A stretch of DNA of 62,981 nt, filler included, from Dirinaria sp. TL-2023a (GCA_051941275.1; 4 parts of 4 records of this genome joined end to end with filler, not necessarily neighbours in it), one strand, 5' to 3'. Numbered from the whole stretch's first letter, positions 1 to 15,617 are shown. Notes: generated by a model not told the origin, from the sequence alone. Numbers and translations are program-made.

Positions 1-406
1 CCTCACTTCTTCCCCACGCCCGCGCCAACTGCACTTGCGCTGCCCGTAGCTCCTCCAAGGCCGCTAAGTGCGCTTGCCCAAAGACATGCGTGCTGCTGAA
101 GGCGCTCAACTCCACTTCTGCAAGGGTAGCCTGCATCTCTGCCCAGAGGGCATCGGTACGGTCTCCCTCGCTTTGGGCTGGAGGTTGAGGCGGAGCAGCT
201 GCAGCGCGTGTGCGGATAAAGGAGGGCTTGGATTCCAGAGGCGGAGCGCGGGCGGAACGAGTACGGAGGAGTGGATCTCTGGAAGGATGAGAGGGTTGGG
301 TGAGGGAAACGGCTGAGGCATTGCGGGAAGGAGGGCCGAGGAATAAGGAAGGTGGTGGAGCACGGTCAGGATGGCGGGACGCTGAGGTTGGTGAGAGGGT
401 AGACAT
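1..406 (-). CDS. Conserved fungal hypothetical protein (probably DUF5315-like); 5' part only, runs off the window
   Basis: ATG at 406 (minus) opens a frame to the window edge: MSTLSPTSASRHPDRAPPPSLFLGPPSRNAS...DRTDALWAEMQATLAEVELSAFSSTHVFGQAHLAALEELRAAQVQLARAWGRSE. This frame is not in the ORF track. Family name recalled, not searched. Confidence 0.7.
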   Translation of the reverse strand, partial: MSTLSPTSASRHPDRAPPPSLFLGPPSRNASAVSLTQPSHPSRDPLLRTRSARAPPLESKPSFIRTRAAAAPPQPPAQSEGDRTDALWAEMQATLAEVELSAFSSTHVFGQAHLAALEELRAAQVQLARAWGRSE

Positions 407-697
407 GGTTACTAGAATGCCAGATTCATATCTCTGATCTATCTCTAAGCTTAAAGCATAGCTGGATGCGTGAGCTCGGTGGTTTCAGAGCCTGCGGAAA
501 AAAAGCCGCGCTAAAGGCGCTAGCGCGCACACTTCTCGCTTAGCTTCTAAACCTCGACTTGCAGTACAACCCAAGATACTTCTAACCACCACACTCACAT
601 TTTACGTCCCTCTCGTGACAATCGATAATCCTGTACGCACCTTCGCTCCTCCCTTCCTCTGATCTTAAGTTTGACTCTTCTTTCCTGTCTAGCAATC

Positions 698-1271
698 ATG
701 GGTAAAGGCAAGCCCAGAGGACTCAACGCCGCCCGCAAACTGCGCACCCATCGCCGCGAGGGCAAATGGGCCGACCTGCACTACAAAAAGCGTCTGCTCG
801 GGACCGCCTACAAATCCTCCCCGTTCGGCGGATCGTCGCACGCCAAGGGGATCGTGCTGGAAAAAGTCGGAGTCGAGGCCAAACAGCCCAACAGTGCGAT
901 CCGGAAATGCGTCAGGGTGCAATTGATCAAGAACGGCAAGAAGGTCACTGCGTTCGGTAAGTTTCATAAGATCTGTCATCCCAAACGGCGTAAATTAGTT
1001 TTGGCGAGATCTTCCAGCGGCATCGGGACGGAGTTGGATAAGGGGGAGGAGGGATTGCTTGGGAAAGTTGATGGCTGATATGGTATCATTAGTGCCCAAC
1101 GACGGTTGCTTGAACTTCGTGGACGAGAACGACGAGGTCCTCCTGGCTGGGTTCGGTCGAAAAGGTAAAGCTAAGGGTGATATTCCTGGGGTGCGGTTCA
1201 AAGTGGTGAAGGTGTCAGGAGTGGGTCTATCCGCGTTGTGGAAGGAGAAGAAAGAGAAGCCAAGGTCATAG
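698..1271 (+). CDS. RPS23: 40S ribosomal protein S23 (uS12), 2 coding exons
   Basis: [15 protein letters not shown]...[25 protein letters not shown], intron ~958-1092 (GTAAGT..TAG), then [41 protein letters not shown]...KEKPRS*. Confidence 0.98.
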
Positions 1272-1617
1272 CGAGCAGGAAATGGAGTCACATTGCTGTT
1301 GGAGAGTAACCGCTCATGGCTATGTAGCAATTAGCTGCTAGATAGGCAAACTAGGTCTACTTGGTACTTCGAGAGTGCCCACAAGCTTCCATTGTCAAAG
1401 AACTACGGAAATTTTAGGACTGGCGTATGTGAATGTTAAAGCATCAAGCGGATGTCTTGACGGAATTGTGCAGTGATGCGATTCAACGCCATTGTGACGT
1501 TCGGGTGTCTAATTGGGGAGTCGCTCAGTACCGAAGGGTAGTAGCAAGTTTAAGGTATCCCAGATGTCGAAGCAGCAGCAGCAACAATTTTTGGGAGCAA
1601 GACGCCAGTAAAGCACG

Positions 1618-3182
<1,565 letters not shown>

Positions 3183-4016
3183 TGTTGAGCAGTGACGGGA
3201 TATTTTGAACTGGGGCCTTTTACGAAGCCATTTGCCTCGATAAGGAGGCCTTAAATGACAGAAAGTGAGCTACGCTACAAGATTTCTTGCTTCGTGCCAA
3301 GAATCGTCATCGCGAGTAGAAGCAAATTGACCAATCACAGTCTAGCACGTGACTCGGAGAGCGAAAAGGGGGAAGGGGTGGTGAAGGTATCAGTCGTAGA
3401 GCAGGTACCAGTAAAGGTACGATACATGTAGCTTCACATAGTTGTTGACTACATCTGAGGACAGATACTCTTTTGAGTTCGTTCCGATTGCGGGCTTCAG
3501 CTCAGATCTAGAGTTACGTCTACAGAGAGGCTTTCGTAAGGTAGTTCCAAGTGCGAATGCATCAAAGGGGGGCAGCTACCTTGACACACTTGGGCTATCT
3601 TGACAGCAAGACTCAAAGGCACAACCCGCATCATCCTTTAAGGAATCAGGGTATGTGTTTGGTTGATCAAGGTCGGTAAGATGTGCTTATGAATACCGGG
3701 CTGGGGGTGCTAGGTATGGATGTTAGAGCTTGCCTCCTAATGCATCACATCCGCCAAACGCCCACAACTCAGAGCACCCACAGCAAATACCCATCAACAT
3801 CGTACTTGCAAAAGTCGCACCTGAGTCAAATCAGACATGTTGTGCGTTTCCTCCGAAAATATGCCGTGCATGCCATCATTTAATAAATATTTGTAAAGAA
3901 GCAAGGCCAGATAGCGACACTGAATAGATTGCCTTGATACTCGCAGGTTCCAATGCAATTCAGAGATGCTAGCAGCCGCAGACCTCAAGTTGCGCCAAGG
4001 GGATTGCATCGTCGAA

Positions 4017-5829
4017 CTAAGACTTGGCTGGCGACACGAGCTTCTCAGGAATGGCACTCTCGGGAATGGCTTTGACCTCTCCCTTGGTCGACTCGATAGG
4101 TGTTGACTTCTCTAATCTTGTCGATGTAGGTTTGTCAGAGGCGTTCGCACTCTCATCGCTCCCCGGGGTATGTGTCTCTTTCGATGGCTGGGGTTGGGGT
4201 CCTGGGGTTTCCTCACGTTCGTTCCTTGCCTGGTCATTGTCGGGTTGCGGCTGCCCCTTCATTACCTGACTCTCAAGATCTTTGTCTTCCTCGACATGAT
4301 CGAACATCTCGGTGTCGTCGCTCTCCGTAAGGATTTCGCGGCCGTCACCAAGCAGAATTATTCGACCCGACCTACCGCCTATCCCGCGAGAATGTGGGTC
4401 AAGATCCATGTCGTAGTCATCGCCACTATCTTCGAAGCGATGCCGGACTCCGGGCCCACGGGATTCGGCTGCAGACATTATTCTTAGCATTTTATAAGAC
4501 CCCCGATCCCAGCCTAAGGCTCACCATATTCGGGGGGAGCACATGGCCCATCTCCGCCTGCGACCCTGTCCGCGATCTCCTTATACCACTCGTCCTTGGT
4601 CTTCCCCTTTAAAAGGGCTACAACGATCATGGTCATATTGTCACAACCTACCCCACCAGTCTCACTACTCGAAGCGAGGCAATTATCCATCATATTTTCA
4701 CAGATCTTCGAGAGTTCTTGCCTTGCAGCGATACCGCGGCGAACGAATTCAACCACAGCTTGTGACGATTGGCAATCCCAAATACCTTAAAGGTGATGTT
4801 AGTAACAAGAGCGCGGCATTCTGTAGCTCGGGGACATTGACTATACATACCGTCACAAGCTATTACAAGGAACTCGTCGTCATTGGTGATAGTGTGCGCC
4901 ACAACATCAGGGAACGCCGTAACGATCTGTTGTTCTGGTGAGAGATCCGCGCTCTTCTTGAATTCAAAGTCCCCAATGGCACGTGACAGGGCCAGATTGC
5001 CATTGACGCGACCAAAATCCACAAAACCGCCGGCAGCGCATATTCGTGCCTTTTCTCCTGTTGTTGTATCAGCATATAGCTACGCACTTGTGCTAGCTAT
5101 TGCTTGCCTTCATTCTGAGGTTTATGGTCAAAGGATAAAGGTTTTGCCCGGCCTTTGACACCTAATACCGAGCGTGAGTCGCCAGCATTTGCCTATGGAA
5201 TGTCAGCAGAGCGAAGCAGTAATAGCTGGAAAGAATGTACCACAAAGATCTTGGTGCTTGATATCAGGCCGACGGAGGCAGTGCAGCCAGAAACTTCCTC
5301 TTCGTATTTAGGGTCTAGTAGCCCTGTAAGCCAAATAGTACTGCATGTTTCAACGTAAGAACGTACCGTTCAGGATTGCCCTATCGGTCGCGAGAAACCC
5401 ATCCCTCAACGCTTGCTCGAAATCTCCACCTTTGAATGCTTCTTGTTTTGCAATGATTTTGTGTATATTTTCTCCAGCGAATAACGCTACCTTGTCGCCT
5501 CCATGCCCGTCGTAAACACCGAAGAAACTCAATCGTACATCGGATTCGGCAGCTTTGAACTCGGTTTTTGGGTCGTCAACTTGGAGATCTAAGACCGCCG
5601 CATGCGCATCTTCCATGCTAATACGCCATCCTTGCATTGCAGATACGCCAAAGGCAACACGATCATCTTGGCCATCCGTGGAGATCTAGCCGATTTCATT
5701 ATTAGTCTTTGCGCATACTCGAGAGCAAATTTTCCTTTCGTGAATCCAAGATCGGCACGACCACAGCCTATACATCATAACTATGTCACATACCTTTTCT
5801 ACGACAGGTTCCGATAAAGTCTGACCCAT
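4017..5829 (-). CDS. PTC2: Protein phosphatase 2C (Ptc2/Ptc3 type), multi-exon
   Basis: Starts MGQTLSEPVVEK (ATG 5829); MQGWRISMEDAH, FFGVYDGHGG, RVNGNLALSRAIGDFEFK, FLVIACDG, GGVGCDNMT. Confidence 0.95.
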
Positions 5830-6358
5830 GGTTGCTGGGGAAAAAGCACAGGATCAGCCACCACTTTGCGTTCTCATAGGTGTTCTGTTGAAAATATAGG
5901 TTGGAAGAGCTAATCGGGCCGGTAGCCTGGTAAGGTACTCCGTAGTCTGACAATCTCTCGAGATATGACGCAATAGTCTCTGTCAAGACAGCAGGATGGT
6001 ATCTGTGGTCACAGACGTTACGAGTCGCAGCTCTATTCCAGTCGAGTACTGTGTGGAAAGAGGTTAATAATACGGGAAGTTCGGTTTGGAAGGAGTGATA
6101 ACATTGAATGTACCAAGCTCGGGCAATGTTGTGATAGTACCAAAACTGTCGCGCCTAATCCGGAGTAGTAAATTTCCCAATCTCCGGGCTTTGTCATCCA
6201 CCAAAACTTAGGAACAATGAATGACACAGCACTACTTTAGTTCATTATTTCGTGACTTGATACTTTAAAAAATCAAGACTCAAATTCTCGAGATAAATTT
6301 ACCACTGTATTCGAATTTTCAACAGAAACCTATCATTGCTTCCGTTCTCTGGAATCTC

Positions 6359-7057
6359 CTATTCCTCTTCGTTTCCGTACAATCTGAGCCGCCTCGTCAA
6401 CCTTTGATTTTCCTTCTCCAGACCCTCAACACGCTCCTCGAGAGCATCCATTTGCTCTTCGGCCCCAGCACTGAGTTCCTCGATGATCTTGAATACACGC
6501 CAAAGGCGGAGAGCGATAACAATAGAGCCGGCCTCTTCTAGCACATTCTTCAAGCAAACATCGATGATGAAGCCGGCGAGAATGACTGTTGCATCAAAGC
6601 AATGAAACCACGATTTGAAGAACCTGACCAGCTGAAAATTAGCACGTCAATCACACCTCATATTCCGAAATAGTAGTATGTAGTCTTACATCAGCCCGAA
6701 TGCCCAAACACTAGCGACAAGCTCAGCCATGAACAATGAACTGAACACCAAGCTCACGATGCCAAGGCCCTCCTGTGCATCCTTCAATCTTTTATCCGCA
6801 TGTTTTCCCGCTTTACAAGACTGTTCACAGGCAAAGAGGCTTATCAGGATGTCTGCGAAGATACAACTCACGTCCAGTGATACGAGTACGAGGACGGCGT
6901 AATGGCCAGCTTTCGAGCTGAGAAAGCTTCGTATCTTACTCCGCGTAGAGTTACCAGAGAAAAGATGACTCGGTGCTCGACGCCAGAGAAATCTACTGAA
7001 CGCGTCGCCTTGAGGGGCTCGATGCTCAAGCAATGCCTGATCCTCGTAACTAGTCAT
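6359..7057 (-). CDS. HVCN1: Voltage-gated proton channel Hv1 homologue, 2 exons
   Basis: S1 with Asp (VSLDVSCIFADILI), S2 (FSSLFMAEL), intron ~6624-6689, S3 (WFHCFDATVI), S4 (LRLWRVFKI), C-terminal coiled coil; no pore domain. Confidence 0.9.
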
Positions 7058-7403
7058 CTTTCAAATAGCACCCCATAGGCCACTTGCAATCCTGAAACGC
7101 CAAAGAACGCCGCTGCCTCGAGTTGCTTTGACGGGGAAATTGTCCGAAGCATGCAATGGGTTTTCAACTCTTCGCCCTTTGCTGAGATCAAGTCTGTACC
7201 TTCCTTATCATTGTTTAAAGAGAAGAGCTATCATCGAGGATTGGCTTGGCGCTTGGGGCTTCTTTGTTAGGGTTCAAGAAGGGTTTCATTCACGCAAGCC
7301 GAACCTCTTGAGGTAAAGTAACATGAGATTGTACCTCCGTACTCGACTACCTTACTCCTTGTTGCAGGATCTCGTACTGACGGTCAGCTGCGTTAAATTT
7401 GAC

Positions 7404-8705
7404 ATGCTTTGTCGGCACCACTACATCAAGTTCAGGATTCCCAGGCTATCAGTTTCCCGTCGGACTTTTTCAACTTCAAAGACTAGTGATCCACTCCATA
7501 TTCTGTTTTGTGGCTCTGATGGTCTAAGCATATCGTCTCTTGAAGCACTACATGGGGAGTACAAGCGCAATCCTGGTTTGATAAGATCTATTGATGTTGT
7601 ATGCAAGCCTGCAAAACGTACGGGCAGAGGGTTAAAGACTCTGCGCGAAGGTAGTACTGGGATGAAGTTTCGAAGAATAGTAAAACCTGACATGTGCCAA
7701 TTCAGTCCCTATTGCTGCTGTTGCGAGAGCTTTGTCACTTCCATTGCACGAAATCGATACTTTTACTGGATGGCAGGTTTGTCTACATTACTTTGCCTCC
7801 ATCATCTTGAAACCATCTAAGTCAAGGCAGCCACCATCGCCTCCTTACGAACAGATCAATCTTGTAATCGCTGTCTCTTTTGGTCTACTTATTCCCCCAA
7901 GAATCCTCAGCAGGGCCAAGTATGGGGGCCTTAACGTGCACCCGTCGCTGCTGCCTGAGTATGAAACCAGTCAAAGTTCACACCTTCTTCACAGAGCGCT
8001 AATCGGAGTAGCTTTCGAGGCGCGGCCCCATTGCATCACACGCTCCTTCAGGACACTGAGATGACAGGAGTAAGCTTGCAAACTTTGCATCCAACAAAGT
8101 TCGACCATGGGATGGTACTTGCGCAGACGCCTGACCCTGGAATCAAACATGAATGTACCACTGTTCCTGAGTTGATGGCTTTGCTGGCCCCGAAAGGCGC
8201 TGAGCTCTTAGTGGAAGGCATCAAACAAGGCAATCATGTTCCACCGTTGAAAGAGGTTGGATGGTGCAAAAATGAGAAGGATAGCCAAAGAACTAGATGT
8301 GCACCGAAGATTCAACCCAGCGATCGCCATATCGACTGGGCTTCTTGGACCGCGGCCGACATCATGCGAAGGCATAGAGTATTAGGCCCGCTCTGGAATT
8401 TCGCAAATGCTAGCGGTCCAGAACGTGCTCATAGCAGGAGAGTGATATGGACGAGTGGCTTTCGCATAGCTAAGGCAGGTCATCAACTGAGTTCCGAAGC
8501 AGGGCAACCTGTTGTGACTAGCTTCAAAACGGATCAAGATATATATATCAAGACATGCGACGGACAAATTCTACAAGCAGACGAAGTTAAACTTGACGGT
8601 GAGCGAAACATGGGGTTTCTTAGCGCGGCTAAACGTGCTGGCATGGTGGACACGCCAACGGATCCTCTGCAGTGTCCCGTCCCTTTTCGACAGGTCTTAT
8701 ACTGA
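7404..8705 (+). CDS. FMT1: Mitochondrial methionyl-tRNA formyltransferase, spliced
   Basis: Basic presequence, ILFCGSD, KRTGRGLK, IAVSFGLLIP, GGLNVHPSLLP, TGVSLQTLHPTKFDHG, APKI. Confidence 0.92.
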
Positions 8706-8803
8706 AGATGCACCATATTCGCTCGCGAGTCTAGCGAGAGCTATCAATTAACCTCTCTGACTATGCGTTCTATGACCATGCCAGAGGCAATGCACGTCAG
8801 GCT

Positions 8804-10101
8804 CTATTTCATTGCAAGGCCAGCATCTGCAATGGTCAGCAGCGGACAGATACCCGGAAGCAGTCTCAGCCTACCGATCTGGATGTTTTGACCGGTCATT
8901 GAAGTGTTCTTCGCAGCGGCAATGTATGCGTCCGCGCAATCTTCCAGGTCAGTCTGGACGTGGTCAATACCTATATCATTGCAGAGATTCGATGATTATA
9001 CCTCCATTTTGAGCACAGATTTGTCTTTGACGGCTTTGACTTGTTCTGGCGTAAACTTCTGGCCCTTCGTTGGTGTTAGCACAGAGTTCCTAGGTCTCAT
9101 CTTGATACCTTTGCTTACCCATTCTGTTAGGAGGAGTCCCGGAAGTACAGCATTTACTCGAATCTTAGGACCCTGGGTCGCAGCCAAGCATTTCGTTAAG
9201 TGAAGGGCTTCGGGTGCATGTTAGCTATCACGACCCCATGTCTCGACCCAACAGTCCCTACCTGCGGCTTTCGAGACCGCGTACGCCATGCTGCTGCCAG
9301 TCTGACTAATGCCGGCAATAGATGCAGTGACTAGGAGGACACCACCATCGGGATTGCTCTTCAGCGTGGGCAACGCTTTGCGCAAAAGGTGCAGATTGGC
9401 TTTGCAATTGACAGCCCACATCTGATTCATCCTGTCAGCATACGCTCAAATACTCGGGGATGCCAGGGACAACCTTATCCCACTCATCTTCGCTACAACA
9501 GCCCAAATTGTCAATAACTGTTTGGCTGCTTCAAGCCTCTGCCGTGAGACGTGCTACTTACTTGCAAGCGTCAAGGTTCCCAAACTCGGCAAACTTTGTC
9601 CATCCCTATCCTGCCATCAGACTCAAAGATTATCGGCGTCAGGGAATTTGCAGGATCTACAAACTGCATTGGAAATGATCACGTCTAGACCTCCCAGACC
9701 CTTAATAGCCTCTTCCACCATGCGCTCGCAATCGGCCGAGAGACCAACATCCTGAAGTGTTTTATCAGCCTGTGAAGAGTAGCCTAACCAACTCCAAGAT
9801 CCTAGGTTAACACTGACGCCTTTGATCACAACCGCTTTTGCGCCGTAGTCCTTGGCTACTTTGTCGGCCACCTGCCTCGCCCGCCCTTCGTTTTCAACGT
9901 AGTTCACGGCGATATTAGAGCCTTCTTTGGCGAATTTCTCGGCTAGTAGTGCACCTAATCCTCTGCGCAGGAATCCCCAAAAAAAGAGGTTTTGTTAATT
10001 CGCCGTTCTTTGAGACTTGGGATGTTGATCGATTAACTATCATATCCTTACCTTGAACCGCCGGTGATCAAGACGTTTCGGCCCTTGAGATTGTATGGCA
10101 T
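8804..10101 (-). CDS. Short-chain dehydrogenase/reductase (classical SDR), many short exons
   Basis: MPYNLKGRNVLITGGSR/GLG, GGLDVIISNA, catalytic YAVSK (YxxxK), IRVNAVLPG; last exon IDAGLAMK* with stop at 8804; includes a ~19-nt micro-exon at ~9474-9492. Confidence 0.9.
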
Positions 10102-12588
10102 GGTGATCAAAAACCCCTTCTTCCCTGCGAGTACCTTATGTGTGAATATATATGGACCCTTCACAAATACCGGAGTTTGATATTTTGGGATTATGGTTGG
10201 ATTCTTTATCAATTGGTGATTAGATTTGGACCGACGGAAGCCGGTGGGGTTTTAGGACACCTTGGCTCGCTATCATACAGTAGGCACTCATACTACTACT
10301 GTCCCTTCCCCGTCGGTTCCCGGGCTTGTCACCTTTTTCGGGTAACGGACAGGGAGCGGACGGATGCACGTATGCAGGTCTGGAATAGGTCTAGAGCAGA
10401 ATGTCTACTACCGAGGGTACCTACCACCTTGGGCCCATCAAGAGCAAAGTACATTACCTTGAAGTATCTATCTTACCTTACGTAAGATGCATTACATGGC
10501 TTTAATCATAAAGTGTTTTTCTTTCGAGCCTCCGAACCCTACAAGCGAAGCGGCTAGGTGCCTGAGAGAGAGGCGCCGCTTATAGCGCGGTTGAGGAGTA
10601 GCTAATGTAAGGGAGCTCGAGTTCATAAGTATAGTGCCCATGTATCTCATGGAAGTAGTTGAAAATCGTGAAAAAACAAGCTTCGGAAATCCTGTTTCCG
10701 CAATATCCCTCCGCTGGTGGCTTCGAAATTGTTTATTTCATGGGGTATGCTTAACATGTCACTGGATACACAGTTTCGGCGGAGTTTGTACATCATGATA
10801 CCGACAGAGATTCAGATCCATGAACCGCTCCGCTACATTGACGGGTTAATCTAGTAGGATGCAGACTTGTAGATTAAAGTTTTTCGAAAACACATGTTGA
10901 CATCAAAAACAGCTTCTCGGAGAACTTCTCGTCCGATGACGACTTGTTTTTGGAGGAAGACTCCTCTGAAGATTTTCCTGACATGAACTTTGAAGCGAAT
11001 CCCTAGGATGTGAACTGAAGAGGATTCGCCTGATGCTAAGGAAAAGAGAACCTCGACGAGAATACTTCGACCGACTGTGAGGAACCCTCGGGCATCGATT
11101 CTGTATTCTGCGTCCTTCTGTTGCCACGTCCTCCTTCTTCACCGAGACTCCTTTAGGCACACGAGGCCTTTCCTGACTTTATATTTTTTGGAGTATTCGC
11201 CACACAGCGCGATGAACACTTCCGAACTATATTTATTGAATCGATATTTTTCATTGGTGCATATAATTCAGATCAATAGGTGGCTAGACGAGTCGACCAA
11301 GAGGTAGATAGATTGCTCAGCATACTTATGCTAAGTACTCGTACATGCATACCGTGTACTCTAAGGCGGCATATTTAGAGCCCTTCAAGTTAATTCTCTA
11401 ACTTATGCCTTTCTACCTCTATCTATCTCAGCTCTTATGGGCTTTCTCCCCAGCTTTTCATCTTATCTCATCCCGTCGCTCGGAATCATATGTTGCTATG
11501 ATGTGATGGGAAATGTAAGGCAATCACCCGACGTATCAAGAACCGCATTGTTGCAAATCTATTTTCAGTCTTGCTGAGCCCAAGGTGCAGGCAGAGTCCT
11601 CCGCGATAGCAATGCCTTCTTAATGACTAGTAGCTGACCGCTTGTGGTAGCGCTCGACGTAGTCTGGAACACTAGGCAACTGGTGCGCTTAGGGGCCTAA
11701 AAAATAGGTGGAATGGGTGTTGGTGAAATAGTATAGGTCTCTGCATAAAGGAGGGTACGGCATACAGAACTCGACGCTTTTTCCTCTTCGTCGTAGAGGT
11801 GGGGTGCAGTCTGAGATTGACTTGTGATTGAGAGGTTGATGACTCGTTCGGTAATGAAGGACCGCTGCCGAATCGATAAGTCGTTAAAGTTGTATCAGCA
11901 TCATTGTACAAAAGAAAACGGATCAAACCAATGCGCTAAGAGGCAGGCCAAGGAACATGCATCCATTTTTACCGGGACGAGAGGGAGAGAGTATGAAGGA
12001 GTCCAGAATGCGCTTGGGAAGCAACTCCTGAAAGTAGCATGTTTCAACATATGAAGGATGGATTTCCCTCAAATGGAGGGGATGTTATCGAGAATGTCGG
12101 AAGCATAGTGCTGCCAGAAATAGACATCGGGCAATCGCTCCGAAAGATTCGCTGTGCTTTTCGTGGTTTCAGCAATCTCACTCTAGAAATGATGCATGAT
12201 GGAGTAGTGTACTGTAGATTGCACTCCATGATACTGTTGACTAGTGAAATCCTCCGCCCCTAGTGTCGGCTTCACTTCCGTCGGCCCCGGAACCATGTAT
12301 CTAGTGACCAACTCGGACTAGCGCGGAAAATCAACAACTCTAAAGCCAACCTCTCGCTTTTGCCGGGTACCTGACAGTCGGTGTGGTCTTGGTGATCCCC
12401 ACATTCGGTATGTGTTATCTACAGTGCTCGATATCTATCACTCAAGGCGAGTCTCATAGCTGATGACAAGTTCAAGACCAGATTTGCCGGTGCACTCGGC
12501 TTCCGTGCTGTGCCACTCTGCACAAGGCGCAGACGCTCGCTATTCTATCACTTAGGGGCTGCCGAGAGAATCAAGTCTTCTGACAACA

Positions 12589-14168
12589 ATGGCGTCGTCC
12601 TCATCGAACGTCGTAGGCGTGCACTATAGAGTCGGCAAGAAGATTGGAGAAGGATCCTTTGGCGTCATCTTTGAGGGGACCAACCTACTCAACAACCAGC
12701 AAGTGGCCATCAAATTTGTAGGTCGTGCAGTACTCCGCACTGCATGTAAGCTGACAATGCCAGGAACCGAGAAAGAGCGACGCCCCTCAATTACGGGATG
12801 AATACAGAACGTACAAAATACTTGTCGGATGTCGTAAGTACACTGTCCATCGCTTACTATTGGAGCTGGCTCTAAACTGTCACAGCCGGCATACCTAATG
12901 TCTACTACTTCGGCCAAGAAGGCCTGCACAATATCCTTGTCATCGATCTCCTCGGACCCTCACTCGAAGACTTGTTCGATCACTGTAACCGGAGGTTCTC
13001 AGCCAAGACAGTCGTGATGGTCGCAAAGCAGATGGTATATCATTACACTCTTGAAGTACGAACAAGTACACTCAAGCTAATCATCATCGCAGCTGTCCCG
13101 AGTCCAAACTATACACGAGAAGAACCTCATCTACCGCGACATCAAGCCCGATAATTTCTTGATTGGCAGGCCAGGCTCCAAGTCAGCAAATGTGATTCAT
13201 GTTGTCGACTTTGGGATGGCCAAGCAGTACCGGGACCCGAAGACGAAGCAGCATATACCATACAGGGAGCGGAAATCCTTGTCAGGAACTGCACGTTACA
13301 TGAGTATCAACACTCACTTGGGCCGAGAACAGTCACGGAGGGATGATTTGGAAGCCCTTGGCCATGTCTTCATGTACTTCCTGCGCGGAGGTCTGCCATG
13401 GCAAGGCCTTAAAGCCGCAACGAACAAGCAGAAGTACGAAAAGATCGGAGAAAAGAAACAGACCACAGCGATCAAGGATTTGTGTGATGGATTTCCCGGT
13501 AAGCCTTTCGTGGCTCGTATTGAGTGACATATGTTGACATGATCTTAGTGGCAGACGAATTCAACAAGTATCTGAGCTACGTTCGAAACCTCGGCTTCGA
13601 GGATACACCAGACTACGACTACCTGAGGGAACTGTTCACGCAAGCCCTTAAGAACACTGGCGAGGTTGAGGATGGAGAATACGACTGGATGAAGCTCAAC
13701 AACGGTAAAGGCTGGGAGGCCATGAAACAGCATCCGTCACAGCACCTTCATGCGACAAACCAACTTCCCAATCCATCGAATCGAGCACTAGGAGGAGGTG
13801 CTGACACTCCTCGAGGACCTGGCACACCACAAGTCACAGCCGCTCGTTTAAACGCGGCGCAGCCCCTGCCTCCCTCTCCTGCGAAGCCGGGAGTGGGTAA
13901 AATGCGCGATAGGCCAGGCGGCTCCGGCGCAGCAGTACCAAAACGTCAAAGCGGAGCTGCAGGGGGCCTTACCGATCTCGGGACACCCACTGCATCGACC
14001 CAAGCGCAGTTCCAGAGCTCCACGGCGAATCTACCGCAACGGATGAGCACGCTCAACCCCAACTCCAACCAGCAACAAACCACTCAACAGACCTCGCGGC
14101 AGCAGAATCCGGAGCCAGAACCTTCAGTTCTCCAGAAGATCATGAAGGTCATATGTTGCGGTAGATGA
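12589..14168 (+). CDS. YCK2: Casein kinase I, palmitoylated plasma-membrane type (Yck1/2, CK1-gamma-like)
   Basis: [63 protein letters not shown]-terminal ICCGR; several introns. Confidence 0.96.
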
Positions 14169-14611
14169 GTCCTTCAACAAGGCATGCTAGTGCGTAGTGA
14201 CTGATTGCATACAGGATGATATCACAGAAGCCGTGACACGAAAACTTCCCTATGCTCGTGTTTCTCCGGACATGCATTGGCGGCGACGACTAATCGACTT
14301 CTGCTCCGAATCTCCTCCATTTTCTCATCTACCCCTCGGCGTCGGCTGGAGCATCTTATTTTCGAAATCGGGCCTTGTATTCTGTTGCCTGAACACCCAC
14401 ATCACTTGAAGGCCCCTCCCGTCTTATCCTCGGCCATAAAATGCACAAGATAAAGTGCAGCGTCCACCAGGATCTGGCATTAACTTCCCCACCGTACTTG
14501 TCTCCGCCGCGCCTTCTGCCTCGGGTCCTTCGTCACTTGAGGCTACCCCGACCACCCTCCACCGGGCACTTAATTGATCCATTGCGCGCGAAGACGAGTC
14601 ATGAACTTTGA

Positions 14612-15581
14612 TTTTTTTTTTTCTTTCCTTCACTTCTGTGTACTAGCGTAGGAGCATTGGCGGAACCAAGCTGGCGAAAAAGGAATCACAAATGGAGGAA
14701 AGAAAAAAAAAAAAAAAAAAGAAATATCAGAATTAGCATAATTCGAACGAGAGAAAGAGAAGCATGCAAACCTTTTTTTTATTTTCCTGAGAAAAATACC
14801 CTCCTTCGCTTGCCACCTGCTGCTGCTGCTCTTGATACCTTCTCCCCCTCGCTTTGCTCCAGACCAGGACTCAAGCGTCCACCAGCCAGCGTAGCGCCAA
14901 GGACATTGAAAAATACCAAAAGAAAATAGGCCAAGCTTCCACGTTCCCTTCGCATCGATCAAATTCTCCCCGACAAAAAAAAAAAAAAAAAAAAAAAAAC
15001 AGAATCAAAGTAACGTAGGTAAGTATCCATCCATGGCAGCTATTTTTTTTTTTTTTCCCTGGCACCTTTACAATCACTACATCATCAGGAAACTGCGTGT
15101 AAAACATCATCGCCCGCCGTTTGCTTTGTTTTGCTTTGCTTTATTTTGATCGATTCCTTTCTTTTCTTCCTCTTCTTTTCTTTTTTAAAAAGAAAAAGAA
15201 AAAAGAAAAAAAAAAAAAAAAAAAAAAAAGAGTGAGAATTCGAGAGAATACGAGAGAGGAGTTTTTCTGGCTATAAGCTGTAGATACTGTGCTGTGCCTG
15301 TGCTTTGCTTTGGTGGGTGATATGCAAGAGGGAGGGTGGAAGATATATATCCTGTCCCTATGTACTTCATTCTCTCTTCATTCTCTCTTCATTTTTTCCG
15401 TCCCCATCCCATCCCACGCCACGCTATATCCAACCTTCGAGTCGATTCTGTACGTCTAGTCCAGTCCATGTCCAGTCTACAATATATCTACCTTACCACA
15501 TTCCACCATTATCAAAAACTCTAAGTGCATAACTCAACCTCCATGAATGACACAGACCAGGAATAATAAGTTTCGGTATCG

Positions 15582-15617
<36 letters not shown>

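Noticed and set aside
14197..15532. Short ORFs with poly-Phe/poly-Lys runs
   Set aside because: Translation of homopolymer tracts in the casein kinase 3' region.
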